Source of the DNA: Thermoproteota archaeon
GTDB lineage: Archaea > Thermoproteota > Thermoprotei > Thermofilales > B9-G17
NCBI GenBank assembly: GCA_029258885.1
Contig: JAPDJW010000002.1
Coordinates: 1 to 64,000, forward strand
Direction of reading: 5' to 3'
Length of the DNA: 64,000 nt
In this document: positions 8,991 to 19,293 of the stretch, one piece after another
How positions within the stretch are numbered: the stretch's first letter is position 1
Layout of the letters: each line of letters begins with the position of its first letter
Translations under genes and position numbers: made by a program
Notes under the pieces: generated by a model
What the model was told of the DNA's origin: nothing
The model's database searches: none
The model's input: only the letters and a program-made list of their open reading frames with translations

Positions 8991-10355
8991 GTGGTGGTTG
9001 TTTTGGATATATTGATATCTAATGCCGATTTATTGCTTACCCTAAGTGAGCACGGCGTCTTAAGGAATGCTAGCATAGTCGTAGAGGAGAATGAGATAAT
9101 TGACTTCGGTAAGAGCTACGAGATAGAGAGGAAATATGGTAGAAACTTCGATTATGTTATTGACGCTAGAGGTATGATTGTAGTGCCCGGCTTTATTCAA
9201 ACTCATGTCCATCTAGTTCAAACAATTTTTAGGGGTCTTGCCGACGATTTATCATTACTTGATTGGTTAGGTAAACGTATTCTCCCGATGGAGGCACGTA
9301 TTTCAGCTGAGGGCGTATACTACTCATCCCTGCTGGCCTGCATTGAGCTACTCATGTCCGGCACGACTACTATAGTTGACTTTGGAAGTGTTAGACATCA
9401 GGAGAAGGTTTTCGAAGCCATTAGGGACTCGGGAATTAGAGCGTTCTCTGGGAAGATAATTATGGATATGGGGGATTCCTTCGTTCCCGAGGAGCTAATT
9501 GAAGACTATAGGGAGGCGTTGAGCAGCAGCGTGAACCTTCTCAAAAGGTGGAATGGCTTCGAGGGGAGGATATGGTATGCTTTTTCTCCCAGGTTTGTCC
9601 TCTCCTGTAGTGAGGAGTGTTTGAGGGAGACTGCATATGTAGCTAGGGAACATAATGCACTTATTCAAACCCATGCCTCGGAGAATAAGGATGAGGTTAA
9701 GCTTGTCAGGGAGATTATTGGTATAAATAACGTCGAATATCTACATAAGGTTGGCTTGACAGGAAGAGATGTTATACTCGCCCATTGTATTTGGATTGAT
9801 GACTATGAAATGGAAATACTTTATAGAACTAAAACGAATGTTGCCCATTGTCCATCTGCTAACATGAAGCTGGGGTCAGGTATAGCTAGGGTTCCCGAGA
9901 TGCTTGAGAGAGGCATAAACGTAACTATAGGGGCTGACGGAGCACCCTGTAATAATAATCTGGACGTATTTACTGAAATGAGGCATGCTTCGCTTATACA
10001 GAAAGCTAGGCTTACCGATCCTGAAGTGCTACCAGCTGATAAGGTATTACGTATGGCTACGGTTAATGGAGCCAAAGCTTTAGGTATAAGCGATATTGGT
10101 TCTATAAGGAAGGGTTCTAAGGCAGATCTAGTGTTGATATCACTGAAGGATATTAACGTTAATCCGTTTACGCGCTTACACGACCCCTATTCGGTGATAG
10201 TTTATTCTGCTAAGGCGTCAAACGTTAGGTACACTATAGTTAATGGAAAAATAGTTGTGGCGGGAGGCAGACCTAAGATCAACTTATACAATCTAATTGA
10301 AAAGGTGTGTGACGTAGCCTCCAAGCTTGCCGAGGAAATATTTGATGAAAACTAA
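8991..10355 (+). CDS. Metal-dependent amidohydrolase (5'-deoxyadenosine/MTA-SAH deaminase family)
   Basis: PGFIQTHVH, THASE, AHCPSANMKL and GADG motifs. Confidence 0.88.
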   Translation: MVVVLDILISNADLLLTLSEHGVLRNASIVVEENEIIDFGKSYEIERKYGRNFDYVIDARGMIVVPGFIQTHVHLVQTIFRGLADDLSLLDWLGKRILPMEARISAEGVYYSSLLACIELLMSGTTTIVDFGSVRHQEKVFEAIRDSGIRAFSGKIIMDMGDSFVPEELIEDYREALSSSVNLLKRWNGFEGRIWYAFSPRFVLSCSEECLRETAYVAREHNALIQTHASENKDEVKLVREIIGINNVEYLHKVGLTGRDVILAHCIWIDDYEMEILYRTKTNVAHCPSANMKLGSGIARVPEMLERGINVTIGADGAPCNNNLDVFTEMRHASLIQKARLTDPEVLPADKVLRMATVNGAKALGISDIGSIRKGSKADLVLISLKDINVNPFTRLHDPYSVIVYSAKASNVRYTIVNGKIVVAGGRPKINLYNLIEKVCDVASKLAEEIFDEN

Positions 10356-10727
10356 CCAGCTTTATCAGCGTCCTCCTGAAACTACCTTTATCTTTTAAAT
10401 TATAATTCTGTAATATTCTCAGGAAGTTAGCGGCAATTCTATATGGTAGGGGTTTAATTTCATGCCCTGATACTGGGCTTGTTAGGCAGTATGTGTTAAA
10501 TCTCGCTCATATGGGTCTGATGGGGTTGTTCTGGTCTATTTATAGCTAAGGGAAAAGTTAAGGGTGCTGAAGAAGTTGATGTCCGAACGCCTGATGATAT
10601 AGTTAAGGATACGCTTCAATGGATGCAAGCTATATATCCTAAGTATTTAGGTTCTGATTAAGCACGAAAGACATTAGTACTAGCATGCTAGGTAAATATA
10701 GGGAAACTGATTTATGGAGGGAGGGGA

Positions 10728-11492
10728 TTGAAAGTTTTAGAGGTTATTGATCTTAGTGTATCGGTGTCGGGCAGGATTATCTTAGAGGATATTAGCTTTA
10801 GCTTAGATAAGGGTGAGGTAAGTGTTTTAATGGGTCCTAATGCTTCGGGTAAGACTAGCCTTGCTATGGCTTTACTCGGTCATCCGGACTATAAGGTGAC
10901 TAAGGGTAGGATAATTTTAAATGGGGAGGATATTACTAACATGCCCCTGCATGAGAGAGTTTTAAAGGGGCTTTTTGTATCCTTCCAGGCTCCACCCGAG
11001 GTTAGCGGTGTTAGGCTCGGGAACGTATTGAGGGATGTTCTGAGGAAGAGGGGGCTAAGCGATGAAGAGGTTGAGGAAGAGTTAAGTAGGATTTTAAAGT
11101 TGACTGATATACCCAGCGAGTTTTTGATCAGGAGCGTTAATGTCGGCTTCTCGGGCGGTGAGAGGAAGAGGGTTGAGATGGCCTTTGCATTAGCTGTTAA
11201 TCCTAAGGTTGCCGTCCTCGATGAAATAGATTCTGGGGTTGATATGGATTCTCTTAAGGATATTGCTGGATGTATTCAAGAGCTAAATAATAGAGGCGTT
11301 GCAGTTTTAATAATTACTCATTACAAAAATATACTGAATTATATCATTCCCGATCACGTATACGTTTTAGGTAAAGGCGTATTTAGGAAGTTTAGGGATG
11401 TCTCTATTGCTAGGCTTATCGAAAAATGCGGCTACGAGTGTATTTTGGGGGAAAAATGCGATTTAATGAGGCGAAAAAATAGTGGGCGATGA
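10728..11492 (+). CDS. sufC: Fe-S assembly ATPase SufC (SmsC)
   Basis: GPNASGKT, VNVGFSGGERKR, LDEIDSG and IITHY motifs. Confidence 0.92.
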   Translation: MKVLEVIDLSVSVSGRIILEDISFSLDKGEVSVLMGPNASGKTSLAMALLGHPDYKVTKGRIILNGEDITNMPLHERVLKGLFVSFQAPPEVSGVRLGNVLRDVLRKRGLSDEEVEEELSRILKLTDIPSEFLIRSVNVGFSGGERKRVEMAFALAVNPKVAVLDEIDSGVDMDSLKDIAGCIQELNNRGVAVLIITHYKNILNYIIPDHVYVLGKGVFRKFRDVSIARLIEKCGYECILGEKCDLMRRKNSGR

Positions 11493-12738
11493 ATATCCTG
11501 AATGGTTAAGGAAGGCGAAAAGAAGAGCTAGAGAGTTTATTGATAGGCTTCCTCCGCCTAAATATGGGGCTCCACTTAATTTAGAGGATATTCTCTCCGA
11601 GGATGAGGAACTGTCGACTGTTGAATCTATTGATGATATGCCTCCTGAGGCTAAGAAGGCGTATCTGAGCTTAAGTTTACACGAAGTGAAAAGTAGTGCC
11701 GTAGCTATACAGGTTGATGCTAGGGCATGGTACGAGGAATACGTTAAGAGCATTATTCCGAAGGGAGTTGAGATAATGAATACTGATGAGGCGGTTAGGA
11801 GATATGATTGGCTTAAAGACTATTGGTTTAAGGCCTTCCCCATGACGTTAAATAGGTTGACGGCGATTCACGCTGCTTATAGTAGGGGTGGCGCATTCAT
11901 ACACGTGGCGGAGGGAGTTAAAGTTAGGGATCCTATTCAGAGTTGTTTTATTGTAGCATCTAGTAGGTATGCGCAGTTACCCCATAGCATAGTTATAGCT
12001 GAGCCTAATTCGGAGATACATATAATCTCAGGCTGTACCGCGCCATCCATGGTTGGCGGCTCACTTCACGCCGGCTTAACGGAGGTATACGTTAAGAGGG
12101 GAGCTAAAGTTGTTTCAACAATTATAGAAATGTGGAGTAGAGAAACGCACTCTAGGCCTCTTAAGGCCGTTATCGTCGAGGATGGAGGCGAGTATATAGA
12201 AAACTTCGTAGTGCTTGATCCAGGTAAGTCGATACAGGCTTATCCTACGGTCATTCTTAGGGGCGTAAGCTCATCTACCGTTATGAGAACTATTAGCATA
12301 GGCTCTAGGGACGCTGATGTGGATATAGGTGAAGCAGCTTATCTCTTCGGTAAGGGAAGTAGGGCTAGGCTGATAAACCGCGCCGTAGCAATGGATACAT
12401 CAGTAGTTAGGCAGAGAACTAAGGCTTGGAGTAAGGCTTCAGGCACTTCAGCCTTCTTGGAATGTAGTGGCGTAATCATAGGTGATAAAGCCATTATAGA
12501 AACCTATCCAACTTTAAAGGCCGACGTTAAAGATACTGAACTATACCATGAATCGGCTGTTGGAAAGTTCTCTAAGAACCAGCTGATATACCTCATGAGC
12601 AAAGGCTTCTCCGAAGATGAGGCAGTAGCTCTACTGATAAGAGGCTTCCTTGACCCCAAAATACTTAATCTGCCAAAGCCTATCGAGATACAAGTTTCAA
12701 GAATAGTAGACCTTATAATTAAGCGAGGGATCGGGTAG
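11482..12738 (+). CDS. sufB: Fe-S scaffold SufB/SufD-family protein (archaeal SmsB type)
   Basis: SGCTAP, LECSG, HESAVG and YLMSKG motifs; coupled to sufC. Confidence 0.88.
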   Translation: MGDEYPEWLRKAKRRAREFIDRLPPPKYGAPLNLEDILSEDEELSTVESIDDMPPEAKKAYLSLSLHEVKSSAVAIQVDARAWYEEYVKSIIPKGVEIMNTDEAVRRYDWLKDYWFKAFPMTLNRLTAIHAAYSRGGAFIHVAEGVKVRDPIQSCFIVASSRYAQLPHSIVIAEPNSEIHIISGCTAPSMVGGSLHAGLTEVYVKRGAKVVSTIIEMWSRETHSRPLKAVIVEDGGEYIENFVVLDPGKSIQAYPTVILRGVSSSTVMRTISIGSRDADVDIGEAAYLFGKGSRARLINRAVAMDTSVVRQRTKAWSKASGTSAFLECSGVIIGDKAIIETYPTLKADVKDTELYHESAVGKFSKNQLIYLMSKGFSEDEAVALLIRGFLDPKILNLPKPIEIQVSRIVDLIIKRGIG

Positions 12739-12815
12739 TTTAATTGTTCAGCGACCCCCTTCTATTCCCTAAAACCCATGTGGTATTACTACAAGCCTCG
12801 GCTTCTATCCCTAAA

Positions 12816-13469
12816 TTAAACTTTGAACTTCATTAGTTCGTCCTTGTATATATCCAGCTCTAGCAGAAAATTGTTCAGCATTCTCACGGGTACTATCGGT
12901 ACATTTAGATGAAATTTCACTCTTGGATGAAGCGTTGTAATAACGACTGGTATGACATCCTTAAGATCCTTATGGATCCTCTTTTCCCTTATGATCTTCT
13001 CGGCTAGCGCCTTGGTTCTAGCTAAATGCTTCTCAACTATCCTCTTGACGCTTGAAGGCGGTATTCTCTTCCACCTCTTACAGTCGATGGATAAAACTAG
13101 CCCTCTCCTCACGGCCACTATGTCAATTTCATATCTTTTATTGTCCAGCTTAAACCTATAATTCCTGTTAACCTGAAAGCCGTGTTTTATAGTTATTTCC
13201 GATACCAGCTCCTCTACATCGCTCCACCCGAATGAGTTGAGTATAAGCTCTAATTCAATTCCCGCATTCATAAGCGTTTGAGCGAGGCTCAGCCTATCTC
13301 TGACGTAGACCCTCCTTTTACCTACGTCTATTGATATGGAGTTGAGGCGGATGAGAGCCCTCACGACTGATTCCACGGATACTCCGGAGAGGCTGGCTAT
13401 ATCCTCAAGTGAGGCAGATAAATCTTTATCAATACACTTCACTAGATTCAGGTATATTATTTCAAGCAC
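12816..13469 (-). CDS. HTH plus restriction-endonuclease-fold (Mrr/NERD-like) protein
   Basis: EIDIVAVRRGLVLSIDCKRW PD-(D/E)xK-like motif. Confidence 0.7.
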   Translation of the reverse strand: MLEIIYLNLVKCIDKDLSASLEDIASLSGVSVESVVRALIRLNSISIDVGKRRVYVRDRLSLAQTLMNAGIELELILNSFGWSDVEELVSEITIKHGFQVNRNYRFKLDNKRYEIDIVAVRRGLVLSIDCKRWKRIPPSSVKRIVEKHLARTKALAEKIIREKRIHKDLKDVIPVVITTLHPRVKFHLNVPIVPVRMLNNFLLELDIYKDELMKFKV

Positions 13470-13493
13470 AAGCTAAATTTCCCATAAAGTTAT

Positions 13494-14435
13494 TTAAGTA
13501 TTCATTAGGGACTCAGGTCTCCACGGCTTCTTAATGAGCTTATCCAGAATTTTCTCCCAATTGCTTAAGCCCTTCCTCCGGCTTCTCTCTCTACTCTTCA
13601 CGGCATCTCTAACTTTCCTAAAGCTCCTTTTTCTTAAAGCCACTTGGCAGAACCTGTTTACTTTGCATGCATCGTCGGGATTGAAGAAAAATATGTATTT
13701 ATGGTATTTCCTTACCTCGAATTTTCCTCTAAAGTATGCCACACTATAGAAGTTTCTACCCAGCCTATTCTTTAAGGCATCCGTATATATGGTTAACATA
13801 AGCGATGGTACGCGTGAAAGGAGATAGCCAGCAGTACCTAGAAACTTCCTTCTAACTTCTTCCTTTGGCTTGTATGCTCCAAGGTATCCCCCCGACTTAA
13901 CTATCTCTAAAACGTTTTCAACAAGCAATGGCATTGGTATGCATCCTCCAAACTCTCCTCCAAGAACACCTATCCCTAGGAGTGACTTTAGCCCCAGCTT
14001 TCTTTTAGCTTCTACTAGCAATGCTAGAGCCATCGAGTCGTTAGTAGTTGAACCCACGTCGGGCTCGTCGCCTTTAACTATTATATCTCCGCCGAAATCA
14101 ACCCCAATAAATGCTTTAACATTTAGGTCATCGATGATCTTCTCTAAGCCCTCCAATGCTTCATTCAGGCCATCCCTTATACATATAGAGTATACCCTCC
14201 ATCCTAGCGACGCTATGTGAGGCTCAAAGAATCTTCCGCTACTCCAGCTAGCTGGATTAATTTCTAGGAGGGAACCAGCTACAACTTTAGCGTTGACAAT
14301 ATTATGCTTATGGCAGTTCAGTACTCCAAGAATGGATACGTCCAACCCTAGCTGTTTTAGTGCAATAGCTACTGAAAGGGATCCTCCGCTGTCTCCGCCC
14401 CCGCCTAGACCACCAACTAATATCATGGGGATCAT
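13494..14435 (-). CDS. DUF1152-family protein
   Basis: GGGGD, GVDFGGD and DSMALA motifs typical of DUF1152. Confidence 0.75.
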   Translation of the reverse strand: MIPMILVGGLGGGGDSGGSLSVAIALKQLGLDVSILGVLNCHKHNIVNAKVVAGSLLEINPASWSSGRFFEPHIASLGWRVYSICIRDGLNEALEGLEKIIDDLNVKAFIGVDFGGDIIVKGDEPDVGSTTNDSMALALLVEAKRKLGLKSLLGIGVLGGEFGGCIPMPLLVENVLEIVKSGGYLGAYKPKEEVRRKFLGTAGYLLSRVPSLMLTIYTDALKNRLGRNFYSVAYFRGKFEVRKYHKYIFFFNPDDACKVNRFCQVALRKRSFRKVRDAVKSRERSRRKGLSNWEKILDKLIKKPWRPESLMNT

Positions 14436-14517
14436 TCCTCAACGGCATTATTAGATTATGGTGATTGTTTAAATACATTTATATAGCAGATAATTCTTTC
14501 CTTGAACATTATAAAAG

Positions 14518-16356
14518 GTGGAGAATAGCTTGGGATACTATAGGATTATTTTAAAGAAGATTTTAATTTCAGCTCTTTCAGGCTTCCTTATATCGCTTAT
14601 TAATCTACTGCCTTATCTCCTGTATAGGTTTAGGATATATCCTCCCATCGACATCTATACAACCGCAAGCACTCTCAACAATATACTGTATTATACTGTA
14701 GCGTTTCTAATAGCCTTGAAATCGGGCTCATCAAAGAGAGGTCTACTGACAGGAACATCAATATCAACTTCAAGAGAGGCTGGAAAGCAGATATTGAGGA
14801 ACATTACCAGGGGGCAGGAGGAGTACCTCTTCAGTAGAAGTGCAGCTTTTTCAAAATCGTTCTTCATTCCATTTCAACTGCCGGATATCTCGTTTGTCGA
14901 TATTGCTGTAGGTATATCAATTTCTATACTCGCAGGCTACCTCTGCTATTTAAATAAGCTACTTGTCCCCCTCAAGCATCCATCCAGTGGGAAGTTTAAG
15001 ACGGTATATGTTCTAAGGGACTACTGGTCGAATAGACAGCTATTCGGCAAAAACGTTCCGCCTGAGGAGCCTAGGATAGATTTATCGGAGCCAGGAGAAT
15101 ACCCCAGAGACCCCGTTCCGGAGCTTATAGTTGCAGGAGGCGGCACCACTATAGATGTTGTATCTCCAACGGGAGAGGTTGTAGCTTCAGGCCTACTTAA
15201 TCCTGAGATACTTGTTCCGCTTAAGGAGCCAGTATGGAATCCGCTTCCACTAGTGTTCGAGGAGAAAATGAGGAAGTATTCTCTCCCAATATTTATCTTA
15301 GCTATGCTATCGATATTCGCATTAATGTACTGGGAGCTCAGCCTGCTGTACTCTAGGACCATAAGCATTTTTGGCCCGATTACGAGTATAATACCTCCCT
15401 CCCCATCCCTAACTGTTCTATTAGGCTTATTCTCGAAGCTCATGTATCCATCGGTCGTCCTCACAATTATCCTAATACTAGCGTACGCTAAGGTAAATAG
15501 AATTAAGAAAATGAAGCCTGAGACATCGCTAGCTCTAACGCTGTACCTGCTGTTATCCCCAATAATCATTCTATCAGCCTTCCAGGCATCATTTATCTGG
15601 ATCACGACAGCAAATATGGGCTTAGCCAACATGTGGACTATACTACTTATAATACCAACCATCATTCTCGCGTTAACCGCCATAAGGATTAGAGCGTTCG
15701 AGAAGGTAACGGTGTACCTCTATGACAACACGGAGTCTAGGGTCAGAACCTTTAGATTTGCCGCAGATAGACCAGCGTGGCTTAAAGCCGATTACTACTG
15801 GGTATTAAGGTACATGTACTTCTGGCCTGCCGAAATAACGTTCCCGTTGCCACATATCGACTGGGAAAGGCTTGAGCTATGGGTTAATGCGCGTAACGGC
15901 GCCGTTGAGTGGGTTGTAACAGACTACCACTACAGGGAGCTATGGTATGAAATACTAGGCAGAATAAGTAGGATTATAGTCGACTTCGATCCGAACTTCC
16001 ATACACCCCTGCCAGTAACCTTTGAGGATGAATATGAGTACATATTAAGCTTTTTAAATAGAGGATTAAATTTAGCCAGCTACATTAAGGCTCAGCTTAA
16101 GCTAATATTTAAAGGACAATGGATGAATTTATGGACTGGCACGATATTCGAGAGCCCTATGAGGAGAGAGTATAGCCAGCTTCATCCGGCTAATTTCATT
16201 CAGAAGATTGTGAAGTCGAAGCTACTCTCGATGAGGTTAGCGAGCCTACATTGGAAAAAATGGAGATATCCACTAGGAGCCGATAGAAAGGATCTATATT
16301 CAGTTACTGGCAGAAATTACCCAGCTACTCAAGAGGATATAATATTGGTTGAATAA
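14518..16356 (+). CDS. Uncharacterised multi-pass membrane protein with C-terminal soluble domain
   Basis: Long ORF with two TM clusters and a Trp/Tyr-rich C-terminal domain. Confidence 0.75.
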   Translation: MENSLGYYRIILKKILISALSGFLISLINLLPYLLYRFRIYPPIDIYTTASTLNNILYYTVAFLIALKSGSSKRGLLTGTSISTSREAGKQILRNITRGQEEYLFSRSAAFSKSFFIPFQLPDISFVDIAVGISISILAGYLCYLNKLLVPLKHPSSGKFKTVYVLRDYWSNRQLFGKNVPPEEPRIDLSEPGEYPRDPVPELIVAGGGTTIDVVSPTGEVVASGLLNPEILVPLKEPVWNPLPLVFEEKMRKYSLPIFILAMLSIFALMYWELSLLYSRTISIFGPITSIIPPSPSLTVLLGLFSKLMYPSVVLTIILILAYAKVNRIKKMKPETSLALTLYLLLSPIIILSAFQASFIWITTANMGLANMWTILLIIPTIILALTAIRIRAFEKVTVYLYDNTESRVRTFRFAADRPAWLKADYYWVLRYMYFWPAEITFPLPHIDWERLELWVNARNGAVEWVVTDYHYRELWYEILGRISRIIVDFDPNFHTPLPVTFEDEYEYILSFLNRGLNLASYIKAQLKLIFKGQWMNLWTGTIFESPMRREYSQLHPANFIQKIVKSKLLSMRLASLHWKKWRYPLGADRKDLYSVTGRNYPATQEDIILVE

Positions 16357-16439
16357 ACGACTATTTTATCTCTTTTTGGTTTGTTTTTCGAACTAAAAAT
16401 TTATAAATTGAACATTTTAGGTTTTAATTACGAGGTGAA

Positions 16440-17057
16440 ATGGATATGGTTCTTCAACCGGGTATGAAAGCTCCCGATTTCGAAATAGAGGCTTATAAGC
16501 CGGATACCGACGAAATAGTTAAGGTTAAGCTAAGCGACTTTAAGGGCAAGTGGGTTATTCTATGCTTCTATCCAGCTGACTTTACTTTCGTCTGCTCAAC
16601 AGAGCTGGCGGCTATGGCTCACGCATACGATACATTCAAGGAGCTCAACGTTGAAGTCGTAAGCATAAGCACTGACACTGTCTTCGACCATAAGGGCTGG
16701 GTTGAACAGGAGCCACTACTAAAGGGTAGAGTAAAGTTTCTAATGGGCTCCGATCCAACCGGTAAGGTTGCTAGAACATATGGAGTCTACAGTGAGGAGA
16801 GCGGAGTAGCGTTTAGGGGCAGATTTATCATCGACCCTGATGGAGTCATTCAGGCATATGAAGTAGTTAACCTAAGTATGGGCAGGAATGTGAACGAATT
16901 AATTAGACAGATTAAGGCGTTACAATACATAAGAGAACATCCAGACGAGGTAACTCCAGCACAGTGGGAGCCCGGTAAACCAACGATTAAGCCATCCATA
17001 AAGATATCTGGAAAAGTAGGAGACCAAATACCGAAGGGTAGCTACAGCTACTGGTAG
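16440..17057 (+). CDS. ahpC: Peroxiredoxin (AhpC/Prx1 family)
   Basis: FYPADFTFVCSTE peroxidatic motif, FRGRFIIDPDG, GRNVNE. Confidence 0.93.
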   Translation: MDMVLQPGMKAPDFEIEAYKPDTDEIVKVKLSDFKGKWVILCFYPADFTFVCSTELAAMAHAYDTFKELNVEVVSISTDTVFDHKGWVEQEPLLKGRVKFLMGSDPTGKVARTYGVYSEESGVAFRGRFIIDPDGVIQAYEVVNLSMGRNVNELIRQIKALQYIREHPDEVTPAQWEPGKPTIKPSIKISGKVGDQIPKGSYSYW

Positions 17058-17185
17058 ATAAATTCAATAAAACTCCCCATTCTCTACCCAATTTTTATCT
17101 CATTCTGTCCAGCAGTTTTAAATCGTTCCCTTTAGGTTTTGAAATATAAATAAATTTTATATTTTAGTAACATATTAGTTCATAT

Positions 17186-17569
17186 ATGGACACGAATAAG
17201 TTCTTGGGGGAACTTATTTATACGCCCGAGAAAGCTACCGGAGAAGCTATAAGTAAAGTTGAATCCCATACCCCTAAGATTGAGGCTCCTGATGTAGTTA
17301 AGGCTAATGAACCTTTCGAGTTAACGGTGTCCGTAGGTCCGCATCCAAATACTGTTCAGCACTCTATCCGTAGAATAGAGGTGTATTTCTATGAGGAAGG
17401 TAGAGCCTTCAATCCGATACTTTTAGCTAGTATTGATTTAACGCCCGTGTATTCTGATCCAAAGATATCTCTAACGCTGAGAATTGGTAAGAGCGGCATA
17501 GTATATGCTGTTGGATACTGTAATCTACATGGACTATGGGAGGCTAGAAAGAAAATAAAGGTTGAATAA
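17186..17569 (+). CDS. Superoxide reductase-like (desulfoferrodoxin class II/SORL) protein
   Basis: ESHTP, PHP..QHSI and YCNLHGLWE iron-ligand motifs. Confidence 0.88.
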   Translation: MDTNKFLGELIYTPEKATGEAISKVESHTPKIEAPDVVKANEPFELTVSVGPHPNTVQHSIRRIEVYFYEEGRAFNPILLASIDLTPVYSDPKISLTLRIGKSGIVYAVGYCNLHGLWEARKKIKVE

Positions 17570-17574
17570 CTATC

Positions 17575-17889
17575 CTAGTCCTCGATTAGTTCCTTTACTT
17601 CCTCTAATCCTTTTTTAAGTTCTGAAACCTGCTCTTCATCAAACAGTTTAAGTAGTGCCAGGAATTCGCCTACGTGTGTTTTCTCCTCTCTAGCTACTTC
17701 TTCGAATACTTTACGTACCTTTTCGTCATCTATGGCTTTAGCGAACTGTAGGTAGAGATTTATTGCGTCGAGCTCGGCTATGATTGCGATTCTTAATGCC
17801 TGAACTACCTCATCCCTAGTAAATTTCCTATCGACAGGCAACTCAAAGGGGTTTTTTCCTAACAAATTTACACCAATATTATACCGCAT
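17575..17889 (-). CDS. Short ferritin-like protein (encapsulin-cargo Flp/EncFtn type)
   Basis: ALRIAIIAELDAINLY and EEVAREEKTHVGEF di-iron motifs. Confidence 0.85.
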   Translation of the reverse strand: MRYNIGVNLLGKNPFELPVDRKFTRDEVVQALRIAIIAELDAINLYLQFAKAIDDEKVRKVFEEVAREEKTHVGEFLALLKLFDEEQVSELKKGLEEVKELIED

Positions 17890-17954
17890 CCCATGTTAAT
17901 ATATGATTCGTATAAAATTATCAGCTAGCTCTAATCATCTTCTCGTATCTTCTC

Positions 17955-18278
17955 TCATATAATTCTGCCCTCAGCTATAGCGTATCTATATATGAAACCT
18001 ACACTTTCTCTATATCTTTCAAAATCATCGTAAGAGACTATTAGTAGATCGAGTGGAAGATTTATTCTCCTGTATATTTCGTACCAAAGCTCTCTTTTTC
18101 TTTTAACATTCATATGTCCCTTAACAACTACTAGTAAATCCCAGTCTGAATGTTCTTCAAAATCTCCTCTAGCTCTTGAGCCAAATAGAATAATTCTATC
18201 TATCTCAACTCCATATTCATCTGCTACCTTCAGGATAATTTTCTTAATCTTTTTGAGTATTTCCTTCGTTTGCGCCAT
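17955..18278 (-). CDS. Minimal nucleotidyltransferase (MNT)
   Basis: LFGSRARGD..SDWDLLVV motif; likely start MAQTKE at 18278. Confidence 0.88.
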   Translation of the reverse strand: MAQTKEILKKIKKIILKVADEYGVEIDRIILFGSRARGDFEEHSDWDLLVVVKGHMNVKRKRELWYEIYRRINLPLDLLIVSYDDFERYRESVGFIYRYAIAEGRII

Positions 18279-18346
18279 CACAATAAATATAAATTTGTAC
18301 GTTATAAAGTCATCTACGTTTAGACAGCTGAAGCTATAGTAGAACC

Positions 18347-19216
18347 ATGAGCCCATCTTTAAGAAATAGGCGGAAAGCATTAGGCTATGCTTCATTGCTA
18401 TCACTGACGTTTTTGTGGGGTACTTCCTTTCCAGCCATTAAGATCACGGTTAATGGAGTAGGCTTTATATATTATGTGTTTTTACGCTTCATCTTTGCCT
18501 CAATTGTCTTAATAGTTCTGCTGGCACCTAAGCTGAATTTTCTGGAGTTAAGGAGACATTTTAAACCCGGAGTTGTATTGGGTGTGATATTCTTCCTCGG
18601 CTTGTCGTTTCAGGGATTCGGTATGGAGTATACTTCAGCCTCAAACTCGGCGTTCATTACCAGTTTAAGTGTAGTGATACTCTATGTAATTGAAGTAGCG
18701 TTAGGTAGGGAGAAGCTTTCTCTTAAGCTTATAGGCTCGATAGCGCTATCCATGCTGGGCGTATACATGTTATCCTTCGAAGACTCTTTCACGCCAAACA
18801 TTGGGGACATGATTGTATTAGTTGGTTCGATCTTTTGGGCTCTCCACATAATGTTTGTAGGCAACTATACGAGGAAATATAATCTAATCTACCTGCTTTT
18901 AACCCAAGTATTGGTAACGATGATTTGTGGAGTAATACCTCTTCCGTTCGCCTCCTATCCTAGTAGAAGCATTATTCTAGCAGTACTCCCCCACACGGTA
19001 TATCTCGCCCTAGCATGCACGATCCTAGCTAATATGCTTCAACTTTATGGACAGAGGTATATAAGGGATGTAAACGCCGCATTAATCTACCTCCTTAAGC
19101 CAGTGTTTGCAACGATATTGTCCATTATAATACTGGGCGAAAACATATCCTTAAGACAGAGTATAGGAATACTGGCTATAGTAACTGCGGTGGCATTAAG
19201 TAGCCGCGAGATTTAG
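18347..19216 (+). CDS. EamA/DMT family transporter
   Basis: LWGTSFPAIK, SASNSAFI; ten TM helices in two EamA halves. Confidence 0.9.
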   Translation: MSPSLRNRRKALGYASLLSLTFLWGTSFPAIKITVNGVGFIYYVFLRFIFASIVLIVLLAPKLNFLELRRHFKPGVVLGVIFFLGLSFQGFGMEYTSASNSAFITSLSVVILYVIEVALGREKLSLKLIGSIALSMLGVYMLSFEDSFTPNIGDMIVLVGSIFWALHIMFVGNYTRKYNLIYLLLTQVLVTMICGVIPLPFASYPSRSIILAVLPHTVYLALACTILANMLQLYGQRYIRDVNAALIYLLKPVFATILSIIILGENISLRQSIGILAIVTAVALSSREI

Positions 19217-19293
19217 TCGATGAAGATATAACATTTCTGCCGTATAGATATTAGTAGTATAGCTTATGCTGTGAGAAGCTATGGGTGGCGTCT

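Noticed and set aside
10560-10640. Possible C/D-box sRNA (TGATGA..CTGA) between the amidohydrolase and sufC
   Set aside because: No D'/C' boxes at canonical spacing; the region looks more like a degraded coding fragment.
16440-17057. Selenocysteine or other recoding in the peroxiredoxin or elsewhere in the window
   Set aside because: The missing resolving Cys is an ordinary ACT codon, and no in-frame TGA/TAG with convincing read-through continuation was seen.
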